A DNA stretch of 64,000 nucleotides from Octopus sinensis. Lineage: Eukaryota. Position 1 is the first letter of the stretch. Every line of letters starts with the position of its first letter. The position numbers were made by a program, and so were the translations under genes. The notes under the pieces are model-generated. The model saw only the letters and a program-made list of their open reading frames with translations, did no database searches and was not told where the DNA came from. Positions 39,931 through 52,619 of this stretch are shown in pieces. The stretch covers positions 149,606,001-149,670,000 of the forward strand of contig NC_042998.1 of the NCBI RefSeq assembly GCF_006345805.1, given 5' to 3'.

Positions 39931-40464
39931 TTACGTATGATATAGATATGTAGTTAAATATTTTCTGGCTTCTTCCATATGACCACCAATTCAATATTGA
40001 CTTTCTTCATCCAATATACACAAGTTTTCCGTCAGACTTTAACTTCGTTTATAATATTTGAAAAATATATCTATCGAGAAAATTCTATTAGACATACAAT
40101 CCAATTACTTTACTTCTAAATTATTATACTTGTAAGTTGTGACGCCATATATACATATGTGTATAAAACGTTATAACCAGTTTTTTTTTTCTTTTTCTGT
40201 GCAGTTTGTTTTAATGTATAATTTTTGCCTGTTTATTTGCGGATATATATATATATATGAAGAGTAGGAAACATTTCTAACCGTGATCAAAAGCGAGTTT
40301 AAAGTTGCAACCTTTTAGAATGGAAATATGTGTCCGACAACAAAAGTACCATTAGTTTCTATCAAATTTGATGCAGTTTGAATCACATAGATTCTCTCCC
40401 TTAGGTTGTGTGTGTGTATGGGCGTATCTGCGTGTGTATATGTAATGCGGATGCTGCTTTTGAT

Positions 40465-40875
40465 TAGTTTCACTCATTTGACTGCGGCCATGCTGGGGCA
40501 TCGCCATGAAGAAGTTTTATTCGAATGGATCAGCCCCAGCACTTTTTTTCTTTCTAAAGACTGGTACTTATTCTACTGAGTTCTTTTGAAGGTACATAAA
40601 CAAACCAACGCCGGTTGTCAATCAGTGTTGGGAGACAAACACAGACGCAAAGAATCACATATACATACATGCATGCATACATACATACATGCATACATAA
40701 ACACACGCGCACACATATACGATAGACTTCATTCAGTTTCCATCTACCGAATCTACTCACAAGGCTTTGGTCGGCCCGAGGCTATAGTTGAAGACACATG
40801 CCCAAGGTGCCACGCAGTGAGACTGAACCCGAAACCTTGTCACTGAGAGACAAACTTCTCAACATACAGCCTCAC
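40465..40875 (-). mobile_element. SINE S1
   Basis: Core caaggctttggtcggcccgaggctatag..cccaaggtgccacgcagt and tail gactgcggccatgctgg. Confidence 0.88.
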
Positions 40876-40959
40876 ATGTTTTTATGCGTGTGCAATCACG
40901 CTGTTATAATTCTTTCTGTTAATTTGTAGGTTCTTAGTAAGAAGAACTATCAAATAGGG

Positions 40960-41900
40960 AACACTTAGTAGATTAAGTCAAAACCAATGGGTTTCTTCCC
41001 TGTGAGTCTGTAGTTTAGGAATCGAATGTAAGAGTCAAGATAGTTCGTATAATGATGACTTTTGGAAGGCTTTGTCTTCTGCTTCATGAACAACTGTAGA
41101 GCATCTTCTTGGAGCCAAACAGATTGCAATATATCGAACGACCTGCTATTTTTTGCAAGATAGCGATTACTCACAGCAACCTAACACATAAAAAAAAAAA
41201 CTTTACAGAACATACTGTAAACGATTCAGTGAGCTCTGGTAGTCGATCATCAGAAGTATTCTTAGGACATAATCCATGCTGAATATGGATTACATTTTGG
41301 AACACGCCTACCACATTGTGAAGACTCAGCTGTATTTCTCAAAGATGAAGGATTTTGGTAAAACAGAGAATTTGGGAATATGGTTCTTTGATTGTTTGTA
41401 ACCTAGAAGTGCAATCGTAGCGGTCAACAGGGTCGCATTCGAAAAATCTTTGGCAATAATTGAAAGGTGTTAGACAGAGAGAAAAATAAACACTCTGTCA
41501 TACTCACCATCTGTGCATTCGACACTGAAGAGATACTAAACCTCAAGACAATAAGATGACATGCAAATTTGTTTAATAACAATTTGCTGTAATTTAACGT
41601 ACAAAATTCCAGGCCTACCCATATTATAAATGAATTCCCAACTAAGTCTATTTTCACCCCACCAAACATTGGAAAAAAATTCAGGGCTATAAGTATGTTC
41701 GTTACTTTGACAGAGAAATGCTTTTAGATATAGGTACCTCAAAACATAAATAGATTGTTGGCAACCTATCAGCTCAAAGCACAAGGTATTTAGTACTTTT
41801 ACCAACGCCCACAACATTGGTCTTATAGCAGTGCTAGTTGATTATTCTAACGAATTAGGAAAACAGCAGTTGGACACATTTTGAGTGTCCAATTCAAAAT
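40960..41900 (-). mobile_element. Possible ancient L1/Tx1-type LINE 3' remnant
   Basis: Non-simple sequence with weak motifs (C..C..LFSVEC; FMKQKTKPS..Y..SYIRFL); many stops. Confidence 0.25.
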
Positions 41901-42004
41901 ACAAGCCAACACAGAAACCGTAACTAGGAACATTCTTCAAGGACCTTACAATGTATAGTTTCTGTATTCTGGAATGCTGACAGATAAATAAACCATATAT
42001 CTTT

Positions 42005-42210
42005 CATCTTTTAATTGTTTCAGTCATTGAATTGCAGCCATGCTGGAGTACTGCCTTGAAGGGTTTAGATGAACAAACTCCCGTGTATAGTTTTTAAAGT
42101 CTGGTACTTATTTGATTGCTCTTTTTGCTGAATCGGTCAGTTATGGGGATGTAAAAACATCAAAACCAGTTGTCGAGTGGTGGTGGAAGACAACTACAAT
42201 CACACACACA
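42005..42210 (-). mobile_element. SINE S1 tail fragment
   Basis: ttgtttcagtcatt..gcagccatgctggagtactgcc. Confidence 0.65.
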
Positions 42211-42247
42211 CATATATGTATGGAGAGAGGGATTATATAAATATATA

Positions 42248-42304
<57 letters not shown>

Positions 42305-42434
42305 TCACAATCAAGGAACCGCCCATAATAGGCCATTCCCCCCTATACTAGAAATAACAGCCAAAAGCTTTAACAACCGCAAAATAACATCAATTCCGTA
42401 AACCAGGAGAAAATTTAAAAACATTTACCCTGTA

Positions 42435-42542
42435 ATTTCTTATACGATGCACACCGTTTCATCTACTGTTTAATGGTAAACTACCTGATTAAATTAAATC
42501 AAGCCAATCTACCATAGGCCCTTAGATTCATCAGTAAGAAAT
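42435..42542 (-). ncRNA. Type I hammerhead ribozyme motif (copy 2, left arm)
   Basis: Minus strand: ATTTCTTA-CTGATGA-ATCTA..TAGAT-GAAA-CGG TGTGCA TCG-TA-TAAGAAAT (2-nt insertion confined to loop III). Confidence 0.8.
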
Positions 42543-42732
42543 AGCCAAGTCGGAACAGATATTTTTCACGAGGCATTCCCGTCCGTGCCTCGGCAATATC
42601 TGACCTAAAATTTTCAAATCATCGCACTCGCGCGAGTGCGAGTGCGAGTGCGATGATTTGAAAATTTTAGGTCAGATATTGCCGAGGCAGGGACGGGAAT
42701 GCCTCGTGAAAAATATCTGTTCCGACTTGGCT

Positions 42733-42839
42733 ATTTCTTACTGATGAATCTAAGGGCCTATGGTAGATTGGCTTGATTTAATTTAATCAGGTTAGTTTAC
42801 CATTAAACAGTAGATGAAACGGTGCATCGTATAAGAAAT
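42733..42839 (+). ncRNA. Type I hammerhead ribozyme motif (copy 2, right arm)
   Basis: Stem I 42733-40/42832-39; CTGATGA 42741-47; stem II ATCTA 42748-52/TAGAT 42811-15; GAAA 42816-19; stem III 42820-22/42827-29; predicted cleavage after A42831. Confidence 0.85.
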
Positions 42840-43011
42840 TACAGGGTAAATGTTTTTAAATTTTCTCCTGGTTTACGGAATTGATGTTATTTTGCGGTTA
42901 AAGCTTTTGGCTGTTATTTCTAGTGGGTGAATGGCCTATTATGGCCGTTCCTTGATTGTGATGATATATATATATATATATAGAACAGTAAAACAATTTA
43001 TAGAATATATA

Positions 43012-43435
43012 AGCGTGGTTGTGTGGTAAGAAGCTTGCTTCCCAAACACAGTCCCTCTGCATGGCACCTTGGGCAAATGTCTTGTACTATAACCTCGGGC
43101 CGACCAAAGCCTTGTGAGGGGATTCGGTAAACGGAAACTGAATGAAGCCTGTCGTATATAAATATATATATAGATGTGTGCGTGCGTGTGTGTGTGTGCG
43201 TGTGTATTTTTGTGTGTGAGAGTGAGTGTGTATGTGTATTTCTACGTATGTTTGTGTTTGTCTCCCCACATCGCTAGAAAACCGATGTTGGTGTGTTTAT
43301 GTCACCGTAACCTAGCGGTTCGGCATAAGATACCGATTAAATAAGTACTAGGCTGAAATGAATAAATCCTGTGGTCGATTTCTTCGACTAGAGGCGGTAC
43401 TCCAGCATGGCCGCAGTCAAATATCTGAAACAAGT
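43012..43435 (+). mobile_element. SINE S1
   Basis: Head, core, internal (TG)n and tail ggcggtactccagcatggccgcagtc..ctgaaacaagt. Confidence 0.9.
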
Positions 43436-43479
43436 ATATATATATATATATATATAAATCAATAAATGATGGGGTTGTG

Positions 43480-43990
43480 TTGACCGCACGTGGAGAAATG
43501 ATAGGCGAAGAAAATTTATAAAAAGGCAGAATGCTAAATTGAAGGTAAATTTTAATAAAAATGGGTGTATGGAAAATCTAAAAAATCAAAACAATATTAA
43601 CACCAATCGGTTTTCATCGCAATGCAAATTTTCAAGAATTGAAAGGTGAAAAGAATTTTTTTTTTAATTGAGGAAGGGGAAAAAAGAAATTTACAATGTT
43701 TTTTTCAAAAAATAATAATAAACATATACAAAAATTAAAAAATAGGTATACCGATACATTGTAAAGTCTTTTTGTGTTTTGAGTTCAATGATAGTCCTTG
43801 GAAAAATTTCCTTGGAGGATTAAGATCCATGTGATTAAACGTGGTGCTTAGTTTAGGGTGTTTGTTAAAATGAATGTCAAAACAGGAAATGGGGTAGGAG
43901 TTATCCAGTTCCTATGAGTAAGGGGAGACAACTCTGTGGATTTTATGCTCTTCAATTGGGATTATAAATTTTTTGACAGATAGGATGTTA
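43480..43990 (-). mobile_element. Possible degraded Penelope-like 3' region
   Basis: Weak minus-strand remnant (PISCFDIHFN..PRKFFQGL) resembling a GIY-YIG C-terminus; not decisive. Confidence 0.25.
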
Positions 43991-44166
43991 GAAAAAAAGA
44001 GTGTGGTCATCGTGGAGTTTGCATATTAAGATGCGTGTATATATATGCGTGTATATAAGATGCGTGTATATATATATATATACACATATACATATACATA
44101 CATACATGCATGCATGCATACATACATACATACATACATACATACATACATACATACATACATACA

Positions 44167-45200
44167 TAGGTTGTCAAGTATGAAATCTGTAGAAAAGAAA
44201 AAACATATTCTTAATGTTTTGTAAATGCAAGGAATAGTTTTATTCATCAACGTATGCACCCATATTGTCAATACACTTTCAGCGGTAGCTTGTCCAGCCC
44301 GAAAGTGTAAAAGCCTGATAATCTAGAGTCAATAAAATCTTGGAAGGCCTGTTTTACAGCATCGTTAGAATAAAAAATTTTTTCCTATATAAAAGTTATC
44401 CAAATTCTGGAAGAAGTGGTAGTCAGGGGGGTGGGGCAACATCAGGTGAGTATGGTGGATGATGGACAACTTCCAACTCCACCTCCTACAATGTCATTTT
44501 TGCGATGTGTGGTCTGGTGTTGTCTTGCAATAAAATAAGAGTGGATCTGCTGACTAATTTAGGTTGTTTTTTTGTAAATTTCTGCATCATTAGGTCCAGT
44601 TGGCTGCAGTATACATCATCCGTGATTGATGAGCCAGGTTTAATAAAATCATAATAGATCACACGTGCACCAGACCACCAAACACACACCATCAGCTTCT
44701 TTTGGTGAATTTTGCTTTGTGGATTCTGTTTTAGTGGCTCGTCTTTGTCCAGCCATTGTGCTGAACGTTTACGGTTGTTGTATTGGATCCATTCCTAATC
44801 ACGTCACAATTCGATTCAAAGATGATTCATTTTTGTGACGAGAAAGTAGTATAGTGCAGGCTTCCAAACGTTGCTGTTTCTGGTTTTCATTGAGTTCATG
44901 TGGAACCCATTTGTCCAAATTTTTCACTTTACCGATTTGAACTAGGTGAGTCAATATTGTTTGCTTGCTAACACCAAACAACAACGATAATTCATGGTCA
45001 CTTTGAGATGGATCTGACTCGACGGTGGCTTTCAGTTCGTCATTATCCACCTTTGTTTCTGGTCGAACGCTTTGCTCATTTATGAGGTCAAAGTTATCAG
45101 AACGAAATTTTGAAAAGCAATTTGATAATGTTTGCTGTGTAATAACATTAGAATGAAATACACCATTAATATTCCGAACTGTCTGTGATGCTGTAGAAAG
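44167..45200 (-). mobile_element. mariner (DD34D) transposon, degraded
   Basis: DNDELKATVESDP..WVPHELNENQK.QRLE.C..RIVT..KKLMVCVWWS..LLQDNTRPH..HPPYSPD; TIR-like ta|ggttgtcaagtatgaaat at 44167. Confidence 0.9.
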
Positions 45201-45389
45201 AAAGAACTCTTATTTCAAAACTGTATGAATTTCCGTCTTATCTATCACTTAAAAATAGCAAAAAAAAAAAACGATTTATAAATACTTTATAAAGCGCAAA
45301 ATGAGCAGCTATCACATGTTTACCGTATACTTTACTACAAATGTCGTACCTGGCGACATAATATATATTTTTTTTTTTTGGGGGGGGGG

Positions 45390-47040
45390 GATTCAGCTCA
45401 GAGCTGCGGCCATGCTGATGCACCGCCGTTTCATGCTACACTGTTATTACGAAGAACCTCGTCTAATATGTGGCACTTGGTGAAGAATGGAGTTTGATAT
45501 AGCTACTCTCATTTGCACATCTTGTCGTGAGGTAGGTTCATCTGGGACTCTCAACAGGAAGATGTCCAGCTTTGATTTAAAAACCGCTACATCTACTTTG
45601 TGCAAGTTCCCCAGACTCTTTGGGAGAATATTAAAAAGCTGTGGGCCCTTGAAACCCAGGCTGTTGCAGAAGCTGGTCTTAAAGCGTGATGGCATTGCTG
45701 GGATCTTTGGCACTTTGCAGTGTCGTCCCGTTCTAGCATTGGTGTAGCTTACAATGCCAAAATTTGGCACAATTCCTTCCAGGATCTTCCAGACATATAT
45801 TACTGCATACCTCTCCCGTCTTCTCTCCAGGGAGTAGAGTCTTAGCTGTTTCAACCTTTCCCAGTAGCTGAGCTGTTAATTTTACACTGGTGGGTGACCA
45901 TAGCTGTGAGCAGTAATCCAGGCGGCTGTGGACGAATGTCCACCAGAGAACCATCATGGTTTCCTTATCTCTGGTTCTGAATGTTCTTAGGATCCACCCA
46001 GCCAGTTGTCTGCACTTTGTCGCCATCCTGGTAATGTGCACTTGGAAAGAGGTATCATCACTCATGTCGATACCCAGGTCCCTCACAGACTTAGGCTCTG
46101 GGATTGAAATTCCCTGTGGACCGGTGTATCCTGTAAGTTTAACATTCAGTTTTGGATGCTGGTAGCGCAGGGCCTGGAATTTTTCAGCATTAAACTGCAT
46201 ATTATTATCGTCAGCCCATCTGTAGATTGAGTCCAACTCCTGCTGCAGGTGTGCAACATCGCTGGGGTTCTGTATTTTCTGTGAGACTTTCGTATCGTCT
46301 GCATAGCTGGCCAGAGTGGCTATCCAGGTATTTGAGGGCATATCTGAGAGGGCCACTATAAAAAGCAGTGGTCCCAAGACAGTGCCCTGTGGAACACCGC
46401 TCACTATTTATGTGTTCATAGAGGTGAGTCCATTAACCACTACTGCCTGACTCCTAACTTTCAGGAAGTCATGTAACCACACTCCAAGTTTTCCAGCTAC
46501 GCAGAGGTCACGCAGTTTGTGGCATATCATACCATGATCCACCTTGTCAAAAGCTTTTGCAAAATCAAGGTAGATTACGTCCACATTTGATGTCTTGAGT
46601 AACTGCCTCAACACCCAGTCATAATGTCATAAGAACTGGGTCAGACAGCTCCTACCTGGTCGAAAACCATGCTGGGTATCACTCAGCAAGTTATTTTCCT
46701 CAAGGAATGCGATTAGTTTCTTTCTGACTATCCGTTCCATGACTTTGCTGACGTGTGAAGTCAGAGAGATAGGCCTATAGTTTTTGGCGTCTGCTCTACT
46801 TCCCCCTTTATGTATTGGGCATATTATTCCCTCCTTCAGCTTGCTTGGCAGTTTGCCATTCGCAAGAAAGCTCTGGAAGAGAATCTTGAGGGGTTTTGCC
46901 AGGGCATGCTTACATGCTTTGAGGAGGATGGCTGGGAAACCATCTGGACCAGCAGCTGAGTTTGTGTCCACTTCATCTATGGCTAGTAGGACATCTTTTT
47001 CGCTAATGTGAATACATTCTATTGTAACCGCCTCGCTGGT
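45390..47040 (-). mobile_element. CR1-clade LINE (RT domain to 3' end, with internal deletions); same family as 38125-39030
   Basis: AAGPDG..NYRPISLTS..QHGFRPGRSC..YLDFAKAFDKVDH..SGVPQGTVLGPLLF..YADDTK..SLERRRERY. Confidence 0.96.
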
Positions 47041-47292
47041 ATATATATATATATATATATTTACTATAAAATTATTTACTATATATATGAGTGCATATAT
47101 GTGTATGAAGAGGGAATATATATAATAAATATTCTATCATATTTTACAAGTAGATAACAACACAAATTACACATGCATTATTCTTGCATGCGTATATATA
47201 TATATATATAGTAAATAATTTTATATACATATACATACATTTATATACATATACATACATATTTATTATATATATATTATATATATATTATA

Positions 47293-47328
<36 letters not shown>

Positions 47329-48115
47329 AAATATATATATATATATATATATATAATAAATAAATAAATATATATATATATATATATATATACGTATGCA
47401 AGAATAATGCATGTGTAATTTGTGTTGTTATCTACTTGTAAAATATGATAGAATATTTATTATATATATTCCCTCTTCATACACATATATGCACTCATAT
47501 ATATAGTAAATAATTTTATATACATATACATACATTTATATACATATACATACATATTTATATATATATATATATATATACACACAAACACCACCACCCC
47601 GCCCCGACACACAAAAACTCTTAAGCAAAGCTTCAAAACAGAATGCAGCATGTTTTGTGTTAAAATGATGAGGAATGCACTCACTGAATCTAAATAAAAA
47701 TGTGATGTACGCTACACATCCATCTCAGAATCTACCTAACACCTTCAACACACGGTGTTCAGGTGGAATAACGTAAACACAAGATGTTAGGTAAAGTGTG
47801 AGAGACTACACATCCTGATCAGAATATCTGACATCCCCAAAGGAATGGAATTCGCTATTGAACAGGTTCTCACGAATAGACACATTCAGTTTCCATCGAT
47901 TATCACTTACTTACACAACATGAAACAACGTTCCACACGTTTTCAATCAGGCATTCAAACATATATATGTGTGCGTGTGTTTGTGTATGTGTATGTGTGT
48001 ATATACATATATACAAGCTTTCATACACACGTAAACTTCAAAGCACGCGCACACACATACATACACGCATATATGTATATAAAAGCACTACATATGAACG
48101 CACATAAACCTCTAT

Positions 48116-48237
<122 letters not shown>

Positions 48238-48288
48238 GGTCTATATGTGTATAGACATGATTATACATACATACACGTGTTTATGCGC

Positions 48289-48322
<34 letters not shown>

Positions 48323-49668
48323 ATACACATATATATATAAACACACACACACACATATATATGCAAGTTCGCATGTATACGCAACTGTGAATATTTATAT
48401 ATGTATGAATTTTATATAAATTTATTAATTCCATTCTCCTCTCTCCCCATCTTTTTAAATATGGATATGCATTATATATATGCGTATATGTGTACATACA
48501 TATATACAAGCTTATTTTTTTCTCACTCTCTGTCATGCGTGTGTGTGTTTGTGTTTGTAAATATATCCATATATGTATGTATATGTAAATATATATACAT
48601 ATATATATTATATATATGTATGTATGTATGTATGTTGTATGTATGTATGTATGTATGTATGTATGTATGTATGTATGTTTGTATGTATGTATATATGTAT
48701 GAATGAATGTATGCATGTATGCATTTATGTATGTAAATTAATATATATGTATGCATATATCTCCTCAGAAACATACACAATCAGCTGTACAAATTTATAT
48801 CTTCCTGAGTGAATCGAATGAATGAAATATACAAAAACAAATTTTACTATATGATATAATAAGTATATATACATCTGGATATAGCGTCCAACTCGTTACT
48901 TCACAAGAAACAATACAGAAAAGAAACATAACTATACTGAAAGATAGTGTTCCAGCTTGGCCTCGGCCTCTAACTGAATCTAGTAAAAGCTGAGAGGGCC
49001 TTTGAAGAGGATGTGATATACCTTTACTAACTTTATGACTAACCATATTTTAATATCTTTAATCTTTTATTTGTTTCAATCATTAAACTGCGGCCATGCT
49101 CGGGAACCGCATTGAAGAACTTTTAGCCAAATGAGTTGACAAATACCATCGCAAGACTTTGGTCAGCAGAAATAATTCATATCTAAATTTAAGGTTATGT
49201 TCAGAAAATAAATTATGAGGAATTTACATTTAAAGCTAACGTTTAAACAATATTTCACAAAGTCCTTTTCTAAAACACCCTTTCAAAATTGCTCCGCAAT
49301 ATACGTCCATCGTCTCTATATAAACCACCAAGCAAGGCAAAAGTAATCTAGTATGCAAAATGTCCAAATTTCGATTTTGATAATTCGCATTTCTCCCCAT
49401 CGAAAAATAAGACAAGTTATCAAGAAATTAAAGCAATATACTAGTATGGAAAATAATCTTCATATCCAGCAATCCGTGCGAAATCTTTTTCAGTCGCAGA
49501 CGTTGACATTTTTCACATTTTTGCGTAAATTCATACATAGACAAATAAAGTTACGCATGCACGCACACACACACACACACATACATAAGTATATATATAT
49601 ATTATGTATATTTATATGTATATATATAGACATACATATATATATCTAAACATGCAAACAAACATACC

Positions 49669-49764
<96 letters not shown>

Positions 49765-50026
49765 CATATATATACATATACATATATAGCTCATATATGA
49801 GAATCAGATATTCTCCGTATAGAATACAAATAGTAGTGCTAAAGAGAGATTCAAACTTGTGTGGATATAGAAGTAAACGTAGGGTCAGGCAAGTTAGGTC
49901 AATATATAAAATATATTAAATACATGAAATACAAAAAAAATCTATATATGTATGCATATAAAAAGATCCAACTTACACAGAGTACAAATGATATAAAGAA
50001 TTAATGGGTGAAGGAAAAGAATTACA

Positions 50027-50121
50027 AATTCAACAGCTGTTTCTGGGGGCTCAGTGTTCCATAATAACGTTTGTAGATTGATTCCATCATAGGATGAGAC
50101 GAGCCTGCATCATCAGGGAAG
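50027..50121 (-). ncRNA. Degenerate minimal hammerhead motif (Penelope-type)
   Basis: Minus strand: CTGATGA-tgcaggctc..gagccccca-GAAAC-AGCTGT (self-complementary stem III); stem II 7/9 paired, stem I weak. Confidence 0.4.
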
Positions 50122-50204
50122 AGATCTTGCAATTGAGATGCTAAAGGAGAGACCTTCATGCACACACACACACACATACACACATACACACATACATGCA
50201 TGTA

Positions 50205-50430
50205 TGGATGTGCGTTGCGTAGTGTGTTACACTTGCACTCATGACCGTAAGTTTATGGTTTCAAATCCTGAACCGGGCGATGCGTTATGTTATTGAGCGA
50301 AATATCTCATTTCAGGTTACTCCAGTTCACTCAGCTGCCATCTGCGACGGACCAGCGTCCCGACCAAACTGTGCGAAACAAATACAATACAGAATCGAGA
50401 AACTGGCCTAATGAGCTTTGGCTCGGGAAA
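50205..50430 (+). mobile_element. Diverged SINE with an S3-like head
   Basis: ggtttcaaatcctgaaccgggcg..ttattgagcgaaa resembles 39130-39180. Confidence 0.5.
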
Positions 50431-51105
50431 AAACAATGAATGTACGTTTAAGTTTGTATATATATCGCGCGTGTGCCTACGTACACATATTCATATACAT
50501 TTTCCATTTTTTTAGTTGTTTCTGTTCATGGGAAGCCCCCCCCCCCTCCCATCCTAGAAAATTTGTCCATACATGGCAGATATCTCTTACCCACTACTGG
50601 TGTAGACAAAAGAAAGTAATGATTGGTACGAATTAGCACCAGAAAATAACTGAATATTTTTTTATGCATTATAATATAAAATGTAATCGTTAAATGAGAA
50701 ATTGGTCAATAATTTTGTATTTTACTCAGTATAATGCGATTTTATCATTGTAATTACTAGTATTGCTTCGTTAATGCTTGATAGAAAAGTGTTCAATTCC
50801 TCCGACGCTTTTTGTATATGTATGCGGAAGATGGGTACTTGGAAACCATTCTCACAATAGTAAACAGGTTTTCACAGCACTAGATAGTATTCAGCGCTCT
50901 CCGCACCCTACATTAAATACATTTCGTGCTATTATTGAAGAAATATTTAAAAATTTCTCCCACTGTTCAAAAGAACATTCCCTTATTGTTTTTATTATTG
51001 CTGCTGCCACCGTCGTCATTTTGTTGTTTAATTACAGGTGAAACTACTTTCTCTGTTTCCTTCCCTCCTCTCTTTAGTTCTCCACCTCTCTCTCTGTCTG
51101 TCTAC

Positions 51106-51165
<60 letters not shown>

Positions 51166-52139
51166 TTAACTGTCTGTCTATCTATATAACTGTCTGTCTC
51201 TCTGTATATCTTCCTATCTATTTATCTATCTACCTACCTACCTACCTACCTACATATCTATCACACTCAGCCCCTCTCTCTGTTACTATTTCCCACACCA
51301 CACAGATACTCAGTATATTCTACTATTTCACCCACACTCGAACCACACTCACTCCATGTTCCACTTCATATTAGATACAGGAAGTGTGTTATTTCACCCA
51401 CATTATTTATCATTGTTATTGTACTGTATTTTAGGGTTCAAACAACGGAAGTGATCGTGCGTGTGTATGACTTTAATTACACAAAGCTATATATTCTCTC
51501 TTATTCTTTCACTAACAATCTATTTCATATATCCGCTCTCTTCCTCTGTCACAGCCATAGTACCAAGTTCCTCCTCCATCTCTGAGTGTTATTATAGTGC
51601 ACCTTTGATTATTTCTGTTCGAATACACTAATGCACATAGCATCCGTGGATATTAAAAGAGAAAACTTGAAAATTTTGGTATCTTTTATTCTATATTACA
51701 TATGCTTTTGTACTAACAGGAGTTACATAGGTGTACATGTATAAAAACATATTAAAAATCTCCTATTAGCAAATCATCTGACAGAGAATTAAAATAACAT
51801 AGGCTTACACAGGATTTAACCACACACACACACACACACGTCTCCTGACTTTCATCTATGTTTGTTACCGTCAGGTTTCCACTTCACACGCCAGCTTAAC
51901 TTAACGTGTCCTTTTAGTCGAAAGATACCTGTTGTTTTTTTGTTCGTATTTGTAATCGTCTAACATTTTTCCGTTTCCTCATTTGTTTGTCCCTGTTGCC
52001 ACACCTATTTGCCCGCTTTCTTCCAAAAATTTAATGCTCTTCGCTTTGATTTTTGGGGCCTACCAATTTTGAACCGTCTCAAATGAAGTGTAGCAGGTCG
52101 AAACTCTGATAAGTCATTTACATCAACACAGTGTTCACC

Positions 52140-52280
52140 TGGTCCTTATTTTATCGACCCCGAAAAGATAAAAAGTAGTCAACTTCGACAAAATTTGAAC
52201 TCAGGATGTAAGGAGGGACAAAAAGCCGCTAAGCATTTGGTCGGCGTGCAAACGGTGATGTCAGCTTCCCGCCTTAGAAA
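52140..52280 (-). mobile_element. SINE S2 head, diverged
   Basis: tttatcgaccccgaaaagat..aaatttgaactcagga..aagcattt. Confidence 0.65.
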
Positions 52281-52619
52281 CCGAAGAGAGAGGGAGGGAG
52301 GGAGAGAGATTGAGAGATGAAGAGATAGAGAGGGAGAAAGATGGAGAGAGAGAGAGAGAGACGTAAAGTACACACACTCACACACACACACGCTCACACA
52401 CTCATATACTCACAAAAAAATAGAGCATCAGTACATATCTACTTTCTGCACCATAGCTACAAACTTTCGGATATGCAGCCTCATATTGTATGGTTATTCA
52501 AGCGGTATACCTTATATTTCAAATTATTCATAACACAGAACAGGCTACTATTAATACATACACACACATGCACATGTACACACACGCATACACACACACA
52601 TTTCTTTCGTTTATTCTTT

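Larger units (their letters stand above)
42301..42965. mobile_element. Palindromic (fold-back) hammerhead-bearing element, copy 2, within (TA)n
   Basis: Essentially spacer-less palindrome centred at tcgcactcgc|gcgagtgcga (42631/42632), with two extra GTGCGA units; (TA)n on both flanks. Confidence 0.95.

Noticed and set aside
42632-42745. Protein-coding reading of the palindrome arm (ECDDLKILGQILPRQGRECLVKNICSDLAISY*)
   Set aside because: It is short, has no convincing similarity to a GIY-YIG or RT C-terminus, and has no start codon context.
52060-52115. aaatgaagtg..gtcgaaactctg, a possible decayed Penelope hammerhead
   Set aside because: The CUGA is absent and stem II is poor.
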